Below, one piece after another: positions 23,532 to 37,687 of a stretch of DNA of 64,000 bases. The position numbers and the translations under genes were made by a program. Each line of letters begins with the position of its first letter. Positions within the stretch are counted from its first letter, which is position 1. The notes under the pieces were generated by a model, which did no database searches, was not told the origin of the DNA, and saw only the letters and a list, made by a program, of their open reading frames with translations. Origin of the DNA: Pseudogymnoascus verrucosus (taxonomy: Eukaryota); the NCBI GenBank assembly GCA_001662655.1, contig KV460211.1. One strand, 5' to 3'.

Positions 23532-26500
23532 GGTCATGAAGGAGGAGGTTGGGAAAGGGGTTTGGGGCTGTTCACAGCGAATAAAGAGTTTCATATCGTG
23601 TCTTTCCTGCATGGCCAACAGAGGTCCATCGATGTTTCTTCTGCATGAACCCCTCGCTGCCCTACATGAACGAGAGGAACAGAGTTATCGATGCGATGCT
23701 GACCCCCGCGTGGGACAGAGTAACACAAGACACTTCATTCCTGCAATTCCCGGCAGTTCATACGTAGAGCACAGCATAACCAAATACACCAGCTGTCAGT
23801 CATTGATACAAAACGCACAGCAGACAGCCCAGCCCAGCCCCCTCATTCCCTCCACCATTCAACTTCCTCTCCCCTCACTACCACCTTACATCACATAACA
23901 TCACACCCCTCCAACTCCTCCACTCCCCAACCCCTCCATCACCCCGAATCACACCACCCCTCAAACCCATCACGCATGCAGTCAGTTCCCTTATCGCACC
24001 GGAGCACTGTACAATTCCGTATCGTATCGGATCCGATGTGAGACACACCCCGCCCCACACAGACGCAAACGCTGTTTTTCATTCCGTAATCGCAGGGAGT
24101 CTGTTTTTGACTTTCGTGCGGGTTGGTGGTGTTTAAATTGGGAACTTTGATGGGTGCGCTGGAGAGGATACTGACTTAACTTACTTGCTCTTACTGTTGG
24201 GCGTTAGATTGGGGAGGTGAGAGTGCGCTGTACTATATTGTGTGTTGTGTTCTTGTGCTGCACAACAGTGCATAGCAACCAATTCAAAACAAACACTCCT
24301 CCCCACTCCCTCCTCTCACCATACCCTCGATTCCGCCCTCAGCGCCGAAAAAAATAGGCCGGAGGGAAATATTCACCTACCGACGTAGCTATGACGGCAT
24401 ATCACTTTCCTTAAATACATTTTCCCGCCATCTGTTTACGAGCTCGCTTATCACACACACACCCCCTCGTAGCGACGGAAGCGGCGCTGTCTCGGACGGG
24501 GCAACGCTGTGTCTGCGTGCTTGTGCCCTACAGGTTGTCGAGGCTGGGCATTTTGCCAATCGAGGTTTTTGTAATGGATGAGGGGGAGGGGTGAAAAAGG
24601 GGAATTGAAAAAAATTAAAAATCATGTTTGGTGGAGATACCATGCCACGAGGGTGGTGTGTGGGTTGTGGAGGCGAATTGTTATCCTACTTTGTGCTGAA
24701 GGATGTGGGGGTGGCTGCTGGGATGGGCAGGGAGGGATGGGAAAGGGTGGATTGAGAACTGAGAATTCAGCCCTACTCCTCTCACAACATGCCATTCTTC
24801 CCCTCCCACATCGAATTGTGACAAAAGCTAAGAGAGGAAGCTATTATGTACATCCCCCCCTCCCTTATCAGTCAGACACACGACCACGATTCCGGACTTT
24901 CGACAGCGGGGCCACCGGGACCACCGGTGGCCTCGGGGCCCTCGGGGTTTCGAATTCTTGCTTCCCAAAGCTCGAGCCGCTTCCAGATCCCTCTGGCGGC
25001 TGCTTGGCACGCATGCGGACTGAGTCTATTTTAAGGAATTTCTGGGGCGGGATGAAAGGGAGGGGGAGGGAGAGGCTCGTCTCCAAGGTTGTAGGTTGTT
25101 AGTTGGGTACTTGGATCGTGTATTGCCGTACATGTACCGTAGAGCAAGATTCTCGCTAAGAGGACGGGCGTATCGGGGGTTTAGGCTGGAGAGGGGGAGT
25201 TGGCGATACAGAGATGGTGGAGAGGTCACTCGGCGACGATGTTTGTTGGATTGCCCTGACCTGTTCGTCCGTTGTGTCGTTGTGCAGGACACGACCTCAC
25301 CGCTGCTCAGCAGCACAGGGAGTATGAGAGGAAGTCTCACATACCAATTTCTGTCACTGCCTGACGTTGCGTCTCTGACGTAGCAATATGGGCGTTGTGG
25401 ACGTATTTTTTTTTTTTTGGCGTGGACGGTGGATGGTGAATGGCCGATCGACCCATCCATCCGTGCACTCGATCGAGAACGGGATTCCGTCCATCAAGAA
25501 AAGGTAGAGTATGCCAATTCCCGTATCGGTGCGTGGCAATGGCAGGCAGAGGGTGGAGGTTTTCCGTGGAGAAGCAAGTGGAGTGCAGGTAGGGCAGGTA
25601 GGTCAGAGTCTGGATTCAGCAGCCACCAACCGTAGAGTATTGATGTTCCCAGGCAGTGGTGCACGTCTCACTGCATTGAAAGCGGCGGGATGTTCTGTGT
25701 GCGTGAACTCTCGTGTATGCTGCAGAGCCCACCATTGTGCATGTTCTGCCAGCAAGTAAGACATTCGGCGAGTCGGACGCTGGGAAAAAGGAAGAAAAGT
25801 TGGACACTTGAGCAAGACACAACCCTTCGTCCCTGGCGATCGACAGCGACGGTACGGTCCTGTGTTGTACCTGCCTCTTGTCTGGTGGGTTTGGTCGCTC
25901 TTGCCTTGTTTATGTCACTTGGCAGGCCACAGCAACGGAAATGGCAACGCAAAGCCGACCGTGGTGGTAGTGGTGGTTGTTGCCACTGTCGAGTCACTTC
26001 CAGAGGCACTGCCATCCACTCCGAGGAGTCGAGGAGTGGGAGAGTCTAGTCGAATGCGGCGCGGGTGAGCGAGTGGTAGTTGGTGAGTGATGGACATCGT
26101 ATCTAATCCTGTCAGTAGAAGCTCGTATCGAGAAGCCGGTACCGTTCTTTCAGTCCTGGCTGTTCTGGCAGCCCGACGTCGTTACCTCCCACGCACCCAG
26201 GCATCGTCATCGGTGGGGATCTAGAAGCGGCGATGCTCATTCGTAGGGCGTGATAGACTGATGCTTGTATACCTGCACCGTGCAGTAGCCTGCAGACTGT
26301 GCAGCCCTTGCTCAGGCCGACTGGGGTTCTGTCCAGGAAAAAACGGGAAAAGCAGTGGAGAGCAGTGGAGAGAGCAGGAGACGACAAGTGACACCAGTGA
26401 CACTGGAACAAGCCATTGGTGGTTTGAATGTTCGTTCTGAGGTGTACTGAGGTGTACTGTGGTGTATTTTACCTTGGTGCCTTGGTGACGGGGTTGCTGA

Positions 26501-26607
26501 AGGTGCTCGTGTTCTTGCCCTGCTCTTTCCGCGCCAAGCTAGCGCCGTGGGCCAATGGACCGCGGCTGGACAGTTGCAAACCCCATCGTGCTTGCTCCCA
26601 GTGTCGC

Positions 26608-26648
26608 TATTCACACTATTCACGCTATTCACGCTATTCACGCTACGC
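26608..26648. repeat. 9-bp tandem repeat (TATTCACGC)x~4
   Basis: tattcacac tattcacgc tattcacgc tattcacgc ta. Confidence 0.8.
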
Positions 26649-27305
26649 ACACTAACCTCCACCAACCTCCACTAAAAACATCCACTAACTCTCATTAACT
26701 CTCACCAACTCACACTAAATTTAGTGACCTGAACGTTCTGGTTCGTCCCATTGTGAGGTACGGTACCACCGCACGCTGTGTGCGCTAAACAACAATCTAA
26801 TCCACAGCAGCTTGCATCCAGCCACTTCGAGCCAACGACATCTTCACCACAACTGGAGAAACACCACCACCACCACCACCACCACCAACACCACCAACAC
26901 CACGTATAGCTCTAAGCAACTAAACAACTGCGATCGGGTAGGTACTTCTTTTCCCGCACAAACTAATGATTTCAATTCCGGTATGGCGGCCGTATCTTCC
27001 ATCGTTCCTCCTTCAAGTGACGTGACCAAGCTCCACGGTAAGTCGCAGAAAACGGACGCTCGACGTTTACAGGTGAGACTAAGGTGAACTTATGCTGTCT
27101 CCATCGTGAAAGCCCTGCCTTAAAGAGCCCCTCTCCTCCTTGCTCTTTTTTCCTTTTCTCTCCTCATTACTTTTAATTCCAATCCATTGCCAGTCTTCAT
27201 CCAGTCCTCCGAGTAACTCCTTCGCTACGGTTACTCTCATCACCTTCGTTGATCCTCTTCAAGCTTCACTCGCGCTCAAGCAATCACCCCAAGAAGCTCA
27301 TCAAC

Positions 27306-28579
27306 ATGAAGACTACTTTCGCTCTTGCGGCTCTCGCCGTCTCTGCTGTGTCCGGACAGGCCCTCCAGCCTCGCTGGCCCCTCCAGCTTCGCTGGCCCGG
27401 TGAGGTCAAGACGACGAGCACCGTCACCGACTACACCACCACCTATGTTACCGACTGCCCAGTGACAACCACCAAGTGAGTCCTGTTACATTGCACCTTT
27501 CCCCTCGGCGAGGGGATGGCAGCAATACTAACAAACTTTCCAGGACTGAGCATGGCACCACCCAGGTCGTCACTTACACCACGACCTCGACTCGCACCAA
27601 GGTGATCCACACCACCATCCCAGTCACCATCACGGAGCCCGACACGACCGCCACCACCACCGCGGTTACGACCCAGTACACCACCTCTCTGTGCCCAGTC
27701 ACCAAGACCATCACCGAGTCCGGCAAGGTCATCACCGTGGTCTACACGTCCACCTCCATCATCCCCGTCAAGGTCCCCTCCACGGTCACCGATATTGTTA
27801 CCGGCAAGCCATCCACTGTGCCAGTGACTGAGATCGACTTCATCACGAAGACCATTCCTTGCCCATTCACTGTCACTTCGACTATCAGCGGCATCCCAGT
27901 GACTCTCACCAAGACCTCGTTCTCCACCATCGTCACCAAGGTCCCAACTACCATTGTTGACCACACAACCGCCGTCACCACCACCTTCCAGACCACCGAG
28001 GTCATCACTACGACCACCTGCCCGGTCACCTTCAAGACCACCATCTCGGCCAACTCCACCATCGTCATCCCCGTGACCAACACCAACACCATCGTTGTCA
28101 CCAAGACCCACGCCGTCACCGAGACCAACATTCAGACTCTGACCTCCCACTCGGCCGAGACCAACATCCAGACTCTGACCTCCCAGGCGGCCGAGACCAC
28201 CATCCAGTCTCTGACCTCCCACGCGGCCGAGACCAACATCCAGACTCTGACAACTGTCACACAGCCAACCGTGCCTAAGCCAACTGTGCCTGAGCAAACA
28301 GTCCCTGTCGTCCCTGAGCAAACTGTCCCTGTCGTCCCTGTCGTCCCTGAGCAAACAGTCCCTGTCGTCCCTGAGCAAACTGTCCCTGTCGTCCCTGTCC
28401 CAACCACGATGGTGCCTTCCAAGCCATCTTCCAGCAGCCCTGAGGCAACCTCCGGCGGATCTACTCCAGAGGTCACCCCAATCCCAAGCACCACCCCAGC
28501 CCCCAACAACGCTGGCTCCAACAAGCCTGTCGCTGCGGCTTTCGCTGGTGCCCTTATGGGTCTTATCGCTCTCATCTAG
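27306..28579 (+). CDS. GPI-anchored Thr/Val/Pro-rich cell wall protein
   Basis: Signal peptide MKTTFALAALAVSAVSG; intron 27476-27543; TT..CPVT repeats, 36-bp ETNIQTLTS repeats, PEQTVPVV repeats; tail NNAGSNKPVAAAFAGALMGLIALI. Confidence 0.9.
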
Positions 28580-29422
28580 AGTGTGATATATGCTGAGATT
28601 TGAGGCGCATCTAGGAGTGCAGCTACGAGGGGGGATACACGTTTGATACGGGGTGTATATTTGGACGCAATGAATTTTCCAACGAAGCTACATGACCTAG
28701 AGGCGTCACACACTCATTTTTGATATATATTTTTCTTTCATGGATTTAAAGGGATGGAGAATAGGGAGGAAGGGAAGGATGGAAATGGGAAGAAATTCGG
28801 AGCAATTTGGTAATTGTGGGTACTTGAGTTGAGAGGTCCGAAGAGACAAAAGACATAATAATATATGCGCTGGCAATTCAGCTCACAGACCCCTTTCTTC
28901 TCTTTTAATGGTGGGAGTTTTTCGTTGTATATTATTTAGAGGTGGTATGGGACTGAAGCAGAGATGCTGAAGGTGGGGGGATGATGGCCGTAGCTACACC
29001 TAAATAAAACTACGGAATTCAAACACATTAAATCCATGTTTTTTTGAGGGGACTTGATGTGAATTACGTGGAGCTTAATTTTGGATCGATGCGGGGTTAT
29101 GAAATAAAGTATTAACACGTAAAAAGGTTTAAGAACAGTGATGGTTGATTTTTGCGTCCTACATCGGAAGAGCTGTCGTTACAAGCGCCACCACCCGACG
29201 CCACATCCCCGCCAAGCCCGCCGATCCACACCACAACCTTGGTGGGTCCGTCGGTCATACCCATGCCTTCCCCAAACCCCTCCAGACTTTCAACCGCAAC
29301 TCATCACCAAACCCTCCATACGTCCATAAACAACGACAACAGCACTTCCAACGGCATGGCCATACACGCGCACTCCCAATAACCCGTCTCCCATCTCAAT
29401 TGCCCATACCACCACCCTCACA

Positions 29423-31224
29423 ATGGCCCGCCGATCCGTCCGGAGCCTCCTCGCCCGGCACCTCCCTTTCTCCCCCACCACCACCCCCCTCCAAGCGACA
29501 ACCTACCTCGTCTTCGTCTCCCTCTCCTCCATCGCCTTCCTCGTCTTCCTCAACGCCGCACTCTCCTTCGTCATCACCGCGCGCCTCGGCGTCGTCGAGG
29601 GCGTCGGGAATCTCGTCGGCACGCTCGGATTCGTCGATGAGCTCGTCGCGATTGTTGCGTGTCCGCTGGCGGGGGCTCTTTCGGATCGTATCGGCGTGAG
29701 ATGGGTGTGTGTGGTTGGGTTTGGAGGGGTTGCGGGGGGGTTGGTCGCGGTTGTTAGTGTGGGGAGTGTGGTGCCGGGGTTGGTGGCGGCGAGGGTATTG
29801 TTTAGTCTTGGGGGGGCGGCGACGTGAGTTTTTTTTCTTTTCTTCTTTTTATCACATGGCTAGGAAGATGGGATTGGCGAGTCGTTCTGGGACTGACAAT
29901 ATGCAGGGCGACTATGGTAACGGCAATTTTACCGGCTGTTACCGGGGTGGAGAGGCCGAGAGAGAGGAGAGAAGCTCCTCCGATTATCACCACTACGGAT
30001 ACAAATGATACCACCACCACCACGCCTCTCCTCTCTCCCCCTCCCACTCCCATTACCCCACCCTCCCGCGCCTCCCGTGCCTCAACACCTCCGCGCATGG
30101 CAGGCCTCGTAGGCCTCTTCACCGGCCTCGGCGCCCTCCTCGCACTCACCCTCTTTCTCCCCCTCCCTGCCCAATTCGCCTCCTTCAAAGGAATCACTCA
30201 ATCCGCTGCCGTCGCCTACGCCTTTTACACCGTGGCCACTGTTGCCGTTCTCGTTGCGGGCGCGTGTTTCATTGGTCTACGTGGGATCCGTGGCGATGAG
30301 GGGAAGGGGTGGCGTAGCTTATTTGGTCGCTCGTCCACCACCACCACTGATGCTTCGCCCGCTGCACCGCTGCAGCCTTACCACCGCCTCTTACTCTCTG
30401 CTGCGCGATTGGGTTTCACGTCGGCCCCTCTTCGTCTCGCCTACCTGGGAGGATTCGTCGCAAGAGCGTCGTCGGTCGCGATATCCCTCTTCATCCCGCT
30501 ATCTATAAACGCATTTTTCATGAGCCACGGCTTCTGTCGCGGCGCGCCTAACGATACTACACCAGAGCTGAAGGAGGAGTGTCGCGCCGCGTACGTCCTT
30601 GCCGCGCAGCTAACAGGCGCATCTCAGCTCGTCGCCCTGTTGTGTGCGCCGCTGTTCGGGATACTGTCAGATAGGTATAGACGATTCAACGCCCCGCTGA
30701 TTGGTGCAGCGGCGGCGGGAGTAGTTGGCTTCGTAGCATTTGCCCGGCTCGAGAGTCCGGAGATTATGGATGTAGAAGGGAGAGGGGGGAGCGCGTGGGT
30801 GTTTTTAATTGTGGCGCTCATTGGGATTAGCCAGATTGGCGCAATTGTGTGTAGCCTCGGCTTGCTAGGCAGGGGCGTTCAGGGCGAGGATGGGGGGTAT
30901 ACTCTTTCGTCGCAACTAGGAGATGAGTATCGTGCGCGGAGTAGGGAGGGAGGTGGTGATGATGTGGAGACGGCGGGTGGGGAGGAGGAAAAGGGGATGA
31001 GCCACCTAAAGGGCTCGATTGCGGGGGTCTATTCGCTTTCTGGTGCAGCGGCGATCTTGCTGCTGACGAAGCTAGGGGGATACCTGTTTGATGAGGTGGC
31101 GGCGGGGGCGCCGTTTTATATGATGGCGGCATTTAATGGGGTGTTATTAGTTGTAGGCGTCGTGACGGCGGCGCATGGAGAGCTGACGAGGGCGAGGAAG
31201 AGGAGGGGGGTTGTGTTAGATTGA
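29423..31224 (+). CDS. MFS transporter
   Basis: Intron 29824-29906; motif A GALSDRIGVR and GILSDRYRR; ~12 hydrophobic helices. Confidence 0.85.
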
Positions 31225-31521
31225 GGTTGGGTAGCGATATGATGAGAATTTAGCATTATCGGAGTTGGTTTATATGAGATCTAAGAGACCTTTACAGATG
31301 GCTGGTAAAAAAATAGCAAAGCATACGACAGTGTCTATTCGCTAGTAGTCACTACCCACCTACAAATCCATTTGTCTTTAGCAAACACCTAGATAATAGC
31401 TACATTAGTAATACCTAATATAGTCGTGAGCCTCGCCACTGTTATCCTTATTTTGATATGGCGATCATCTCGGCTAGCTGAAGTGGGTTAATATGAGACA
31501 TTGTTCTACACTACGACGACG

Positions 31522-31880
31522 GCTGAGGTAGGTGACTGGGTGAGCATAGTAGGCACAGTAAGCTTTACTTCCGATCCTTCCAATCCTTCTAATCCTTTGT
31601 GCTACTCGCCCTGGCACAAGGCTGAATTAATTGGGTAAATTATGCTTATCCTAACAGCCCATAGACTAAATGGCACTGCGAAGTTGGATGCATGCAGCTG
31701 AGCTAGGTAATGGGTGAGCATAAAAAGCACAGTAAGCATGACAAGCGTTGTGAGCCGGACAAGCTATACCTCTAATTCTTTCAGTCCTTCTGATCCTTTG
31801 TGCTACTCGCCCTGGCATATGGCCAAACCAATTGAGTAAAAATTATGCTTATCATAACGGCCCTCAGACTAAAGGACCTG
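31522..31880. repeat. Imperfect tandem duplication, ~175-bp period
   Basis: Copies start ~31522 and ~31697 and share gggtgagcata..gcacagtaagc, atcctttgtgctactcgccctggca and aattatgcttatc..agactaaa. Confidence 0.85.
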
Positions 31881-32744
31881 ACTCGTACTCAATTTACATG
31901 TTAATATATTTACTATATAAGTCTGACTATTTCCCCTTCTTTGCTACTCTATTCCTCTGCCTACTCTTCGTTATTCTACTCGACTTTGGATTACGACCTC
32001 TATAAACTTTTATTCCCCTCTATTTTGGATCAAAATGAAGTGTTTCTACGCCATTTTCCTCTCTACCCTTCTTGGGGGAGGAGCCTTCGCAGCAAACTCG
32101 AAGCTCAACCAATATGCTAGCATAAGTGATTGGTATATTACTTGTAGAAATGTTTCCAATTGTTTACTTACTGATAAACTTATAGCCAGTCCGATTCGAA
32201 CATTATAAGTCACGCTTCTCCGGCAGAAGGTTCTTGTCATCAGGTGGATGGGAAAACAAAAGCCCTGTATCTAGTAACAGGAAGCGGTGCCGCTGGTGCA
32301 CAATTCATTGGTACGATAGAGCTCCCTGGCTTAGATTTCAAACTCTAATGATATATAGGGTACCAACAAGGTTCCTGTGGAGGACCTTATGTTCTAGGAG
32401 TTACACTTGATAGGGGCTCATGTATCTCGCGCCCCGATTCGTTGAAAAGCATCGAATTTGGTCTGATCAATTAGCAGATGTCCATAGAATGCAAACTGGC
32501 CTCATTTCTTTAGCCCACATACATAGTTCCCGAAGTGAGGTAGCGTGCACGACCTGGATATGATGCTTGAACTGATTCGCTGTTAGAGGATTAGCCCAGC
32601 GGGCTCGCACAGGGTCGATACTGGACGATCAATGTGAGAACACCTGTCGTGCTACGGCAGCAATACAGAAGTCCAAAGTCAAGACCGGAAGTATTACATG
32701 TAGGGCATTGGCTTTCTACTCCTAGACGTCTAACTCAGCTTGCT

Positions 32745-34203
32745 TCAAACACACTCGTCTAATTTCTTCCGCATCACCACCTTTGCCTTCTCTAACTCGG
32801 CATCTAAATCACAGTTCCAAATCTCTCTAATCGGGACATCAATAATTGCCTTCAGCTTCTCCAAATCATCTCCTACATCTGGTCTCTGCAAATCTAATAG
32901 CTCTCCTTGCAGTCGGCCATATTTCTGGACAAACTTCGTCCGTGGCATGCGCACGCTCTCATACGCGGCGAACGCAGCGAGGAGGTCGGAAGGGGAGTGA
33001 CAGGCGCCGAGTAAGTGTGAGAGAATGTGTGCATCTTCCAGGGCTTGACCAGCGCCGGCGCCTTGATGAGGCGCGCAGGCGTGTGCGCTATCGCCCAACA
33101 GTAGGAGATGAAGGGGGCGCGAGGAGAAGGTTGGGATGTCGGGGGAGAGGTCGAAGATACCCCAGTGATCGGTGCTCTCCATCAACTATATTCCAAATCA
33201 GCATTCTCCGACAGAAACTATTGTTTGGATTGTTTGACATACGGAGAATATCTTCTGGCATTCCTCTCCAAAGCCTTCGAAATCAGCATCCATATCTTCC
33301 CGTTTCATGGGCTTGACCCACTCCCCTTCCCAAGTACCACTTTTAGTTGTGCTAAACGCAACCACATTCATCACCTGGCCCTCCGCCACGGGGAAAACGA
33401 GGACATGGCCACCTACACCTAGGAACATGAAGCGGTTCTGGGCTTTCTCTGCTCCGATCGCGGCAATAGCTTTGTCCATGGGTATCAAACCGCGATACGC
33501 ATGCTTCCCCGTGAATACAGGCTGCGAGAGAGGATCATTCTTTCCCAGCACGAAGTCTCGACATACGGATCGAATCCCATCGCATCCAATCACTGCATCC
33601 GCTTCAGCAGTGCTTCCATCGGCAAACCTCATGATTGTTTTCCCTCCGCCCTCATCCCGCGAGATGTCCGCCAATCGCTTGCCAAACTCGACGGTTCTAT
33701 CAGGTACGAGTTTGATGAGCTTGTCGACAAAATGTGCACGGTGAGCTGTGGTGTGGCGCTCGGACGCAGTGACCTGGGGGGATATAATGTGGCTTCCAGT
33801 GGGCAAGCCATGAAGCTCATGGGCCAATATAAAATCAAAATATGTGTCTCTCTTTGATTCCCAACCGGCACTGGTGGAGATTTTGGCGAAGGCTTCTCCG
33901 ATGGCAGGATGGATGAGGGTCATGGCACGAATGGAATTGGCACCAAAAAATACGCCAGCTGGAATATTTCAGCTACGACTCGTCTTGACGAGCAGAGGAG
34001 CAGAAACAAATGCAAGGGTTAAATCATTGTGCTACACATCGCCATCATCACTCACCACCAATCTCGGAGAACTTAGAAGCAGCCTCGTAGATTTTGACTC
34101 GCACATGGCTGTGCTGTTGGAGTCCAATTGACAGCGCAAGCCCGCCGATTCCTCCTCCAACAATGGCTATGTCAATCGGCGCCTGTTCCTGTATTGACCC
34201 CAT
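32745..34203 (-). CDS. FAD-dependent monooxygenase (salicylate hydroxylase-like)
   Basis: IAIVGGGIGG, EIG|AGV (intron 34055-33959), VIGCDGIRS, intron 33242-33186, LGDSAHACAPHQGAGAGQALEDA. Confidence 0.92.
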
Positions 34204-34670
34204 TTTTCTGTTGACCGGCGTGGGACGATGGCACCAAGGCGACTCGGAGGGGAAAGACAACTGTGCTCCGTACGGTGCAAACTATGAAAACTCGACAATT
34301 AAAATAGTTGCATTTCAGGTGCAAGAAAACGAACAGCGGGCTACAGTAGATTGCCATCCTGGCCTAGTGCGTGTAGTTCATGCAGGGTGAGTAGAACCCT
34401 GTATGAGCTATAAGCACAAACTTAGCCTGTATCCCCTGACACAGGGGTTCCACAAAGTCCGACACAGAAGCCGTACCTTATAATCACATTTTATTTTCTG
34501 TATATACTCGGCGTTGCCTTGACGTCCATATACAAATATAGCATCTCATACTGTACGGAGTAAACACGTGCAATATCTAGGAGCAATTTCCATGAACGAT
34601 AGAACAAAAATGCTTTAAAACTTGCTTATATAGGTAATTAATCAAAACTAGCTATACATAGCCAGTAATT

Positions 34671-36362
34671 CTAATAAGTGTAGATAAACTGAGGATGGGC
34701 ATCTCCCAAATTGTCGCCCTCTTCATTGAGTAAGTGATCCCTCTTCCCAGCGCGCTTTTGCTTGTTCTCGTACCAAAGTCCAACCACATAAAGACAGATG
34801 AAGCCAGCCGCCATGCACATCAGCGAAAAGGTGGTCCTGAAGCCTGTCCAGTAGAATGGAGCCGCCTTCGACTGAAAAGAGAGCGCCGCAATGAATCCAC
34901 CGCCGTTGCCCAGTCCAATTTCCATACCTATGGCGAAGGCTGTCTTGTAGGATCCAGAGACATTGTTCAAAAGCAAAATCCAAGCTCCAGGCAGAGCGGC
35001 AAATGAGCCGGAGGCGATTAGATACAACGCTCCATACCGTGCGTTCACCGAGACATGCCTTTGGTTTAGGAGGATAATATATCCGATAATGGCAATAAAA
35101 CAACCAGTCAGTGCGAGACCCGCTCGGTGCTTTAGCTTGTCCGAGATGTAAGCAAGGGCCAAAGTAGTGACTGACGCCGCGATAAAGATAGGAATTATCA
35201 AAGATTGGATCTGCTTTGGGGTGTATTCTGGCTTGAGAGCCTTAATAATTGTCGGGGCAAACAAGGTGCATGAGTAGACGCTAGAAATGATGCCGACGAT
35301 AATAAACGAACTAGATGTATGTTAGATCAGGCATCTAACACAGCACACTTGGCCAACCTACCTCAAATATATCTTCCAGTCCGTGAGGCATCGGATGATG
35401 GCCTTTCGGTCAAAGACGTCCATACGGCCAATTATTCCATCCATTCGAATACGTTCTTCTAAGACAGCCTTCTCCCTTGGTTTGAGCCATTTCGCCGTAG
35501 CTGGCCAGTTGTTCATAAATGGCCAGCACATGAGGGTAAGGGCGACTGTGATAAGTCCCTCAATTACAAATATCCATCTCCACCCACTCCATCCATTTGA
35601 GGAGTTGATGCTAGCCACAGCGAAGGCCAACAAACCACCGAATGCATTAGAGATGGCGTTGCCAACATGGAGCATGCTCACGCGCCATTGCAATTCATAT
35701 CTTGGGTAGTATGCTGACAGCAAGAAGATAGACCCTGGGATCAGTCCAGCTTCTAGAATTCCAATTATGAAGCGCATGGCAACGAGGCCAGCAAAGTTGG
35801 TGACAAGACCTTGGCCGATGGTAAAGATCCCTACACGATATAAGCATATTGTTAATTAGACAGGTTTGATTCCTTACCAAGGATGATACATTCACCGCAG
35901 AGAATATTAGTTGGCGAGAACCTTTTAACCAGCCAGTTGCTTGGAACCTGCTCGTTTATTAGCATTTCATAGTGATATAATTCATTGAGCTTAGCTACCT
36001 CTGCGAGCATGAGGCCGACAAATACCACGACTAGAAGAACGGGTTCGATTAAACTTCTTGTGGGTTTTATTGAGACACATACCAGTCGCAATGTTAAATT
36101 GTGTGCTGAGAGGATTCATTCCAAGATCCTTCTCAAGGCCTTGGATTCTCGCTGTACCAATGTTGACTCGATCGATTAATGAGATAAACCATAGCACAAA
36201 GAGCGGGGGCAAAAGACGCATATCGAGTTTCCAGATGAGCTTGCGATACTCCGCACTTGAAAAGGTATCTACTGCATTGACATCCTTAGCGGTGGGAGAA
36301 CCGGGCTCCATAGAGACTGAACCCGACGCCTTCTCAACTGCGATATCTGAATCCAATTCCAT
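34671..36362 (-). CDS. MFS transporter, anion:cation symporter (Dal5/Tna1-like)
   Basis: KLDMRLLP..LIDRVNIGTAR, EVPSNW, RFIIGILEAGLIPG, GWRWIFVIEG, HPQFIYTY; four short GT-AG introns. Confidence 0.9.
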
Positions 36363-37687
36363 ATCCGCGTTCTAATACAGATCGATATGCTTAACCAGTG
36401 ACGTTTGCTGCTGCGTTCTGTCAGGAAATATGGTTGTACAAAGAAGGAAGGAAGAGGAAAGAGATGCGCAGAGTGCTGCACCTATTCCTAATTCAGAGTT
36501 CACGTCCGGGGCCCACTTGCAAAACATATTGTAACCACAACTGCCAAATGGACAACAACCTTGTTGGAAAGCAGGAGACACGACAAGGGTTGGATCCCTG
36601 AGTGCTTGGACGCATGATTGACAGGGAAAAGCTCCACAGTGGCACATCCCGATGCGGCCCGTATGGGCCGCATGCCTGCAGATCCACCTACGGTACGATT
36701 TGAAACCTCCCCGCGGCGCTAGGCGGGGCTCTTTCAGCCTCCCTGTTCAAATAATAGAGAGTGCTTTCAGGGTGTGAGGAGTTCTCATCGATGCTGACCA
36801 CCAAATCCAATATAATACAGTTTTTCTTACTAATATGATACAGGGCCCTGACATCTTCGCACTGATATATGGGGAGCGGCCTTGGTGGTGCCGGCTTGGC
36901 ACTAGTGTCAATTTCAACACCAATTCCAACATTCCCTAGCAATGAGCAACTCGGTTAATTGCTTGCCCGAGTGGCACGTCTCGCACCATACACCGTGGTC
37001 TGAAAGAGGCAGGACAGAGCCAATCATTACCAGAAGCATCTAAAGCAAAATTTCTCAGCTACACCCATGTGTTGGTTTACAGTGCTTCTACATTTGCCTG
37101 AAAAGCTACCCTGTATATCCTCAGGAGAGTTTGATCCATGCGTGCACCTCTCAATAAGGCATAAGTTTTGTTACAGCGCTAGCACGGAAACTCTCTATTA
37201 TATCGCTGCTTTAGAATGTTTGTGTTGCGTTTTGCAGTCACAGATTCTAAATATACCTCGAGAGGGTTCTATAGAAGGAGTGTAATCCTCGCAAAGCATG
37301 CCCATATAGCTACTTGCTAGTAGGTATCTAGGATATACTACTCAATATTACTATATACCAGACGAAAGCTTTAGAGGCAAAAGCAGCACTCGAGTTTAAT
37401 CTTAATTGGGAATGCCAGTCTACGGGCAACCAACGAACCGTATGCCTGTTTCCACTAGGTACCGTCCTGGTGGTAACAAATCATTTCCTACTGAGATCCT
37501 CAGGTAGCAAAATGAGGACCCTGAAGGAACGAATCACAGAATTCTGTCTCACAACTGTTCCTACGTGTCAGCGTAGAAATGACTACATACATGATCGACC
37601 TCCTTTCTCTGAAGATCTGCTTCGTGATGTCGCTTTTGATTGAATCTCATCAGTATTATTTCATCCCTCGCATAACTGACCGACTCC

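Noticed and set aside
24389..26665. Numerous short overlapping ORFs
   Set aside because: No consistent codon bias, splice structure or protein motifs.
27443..28378. 311-aa antisense ORF with repeats
   Set aside because: Shadow of the codon-biased GPI wall protein on the + strand.
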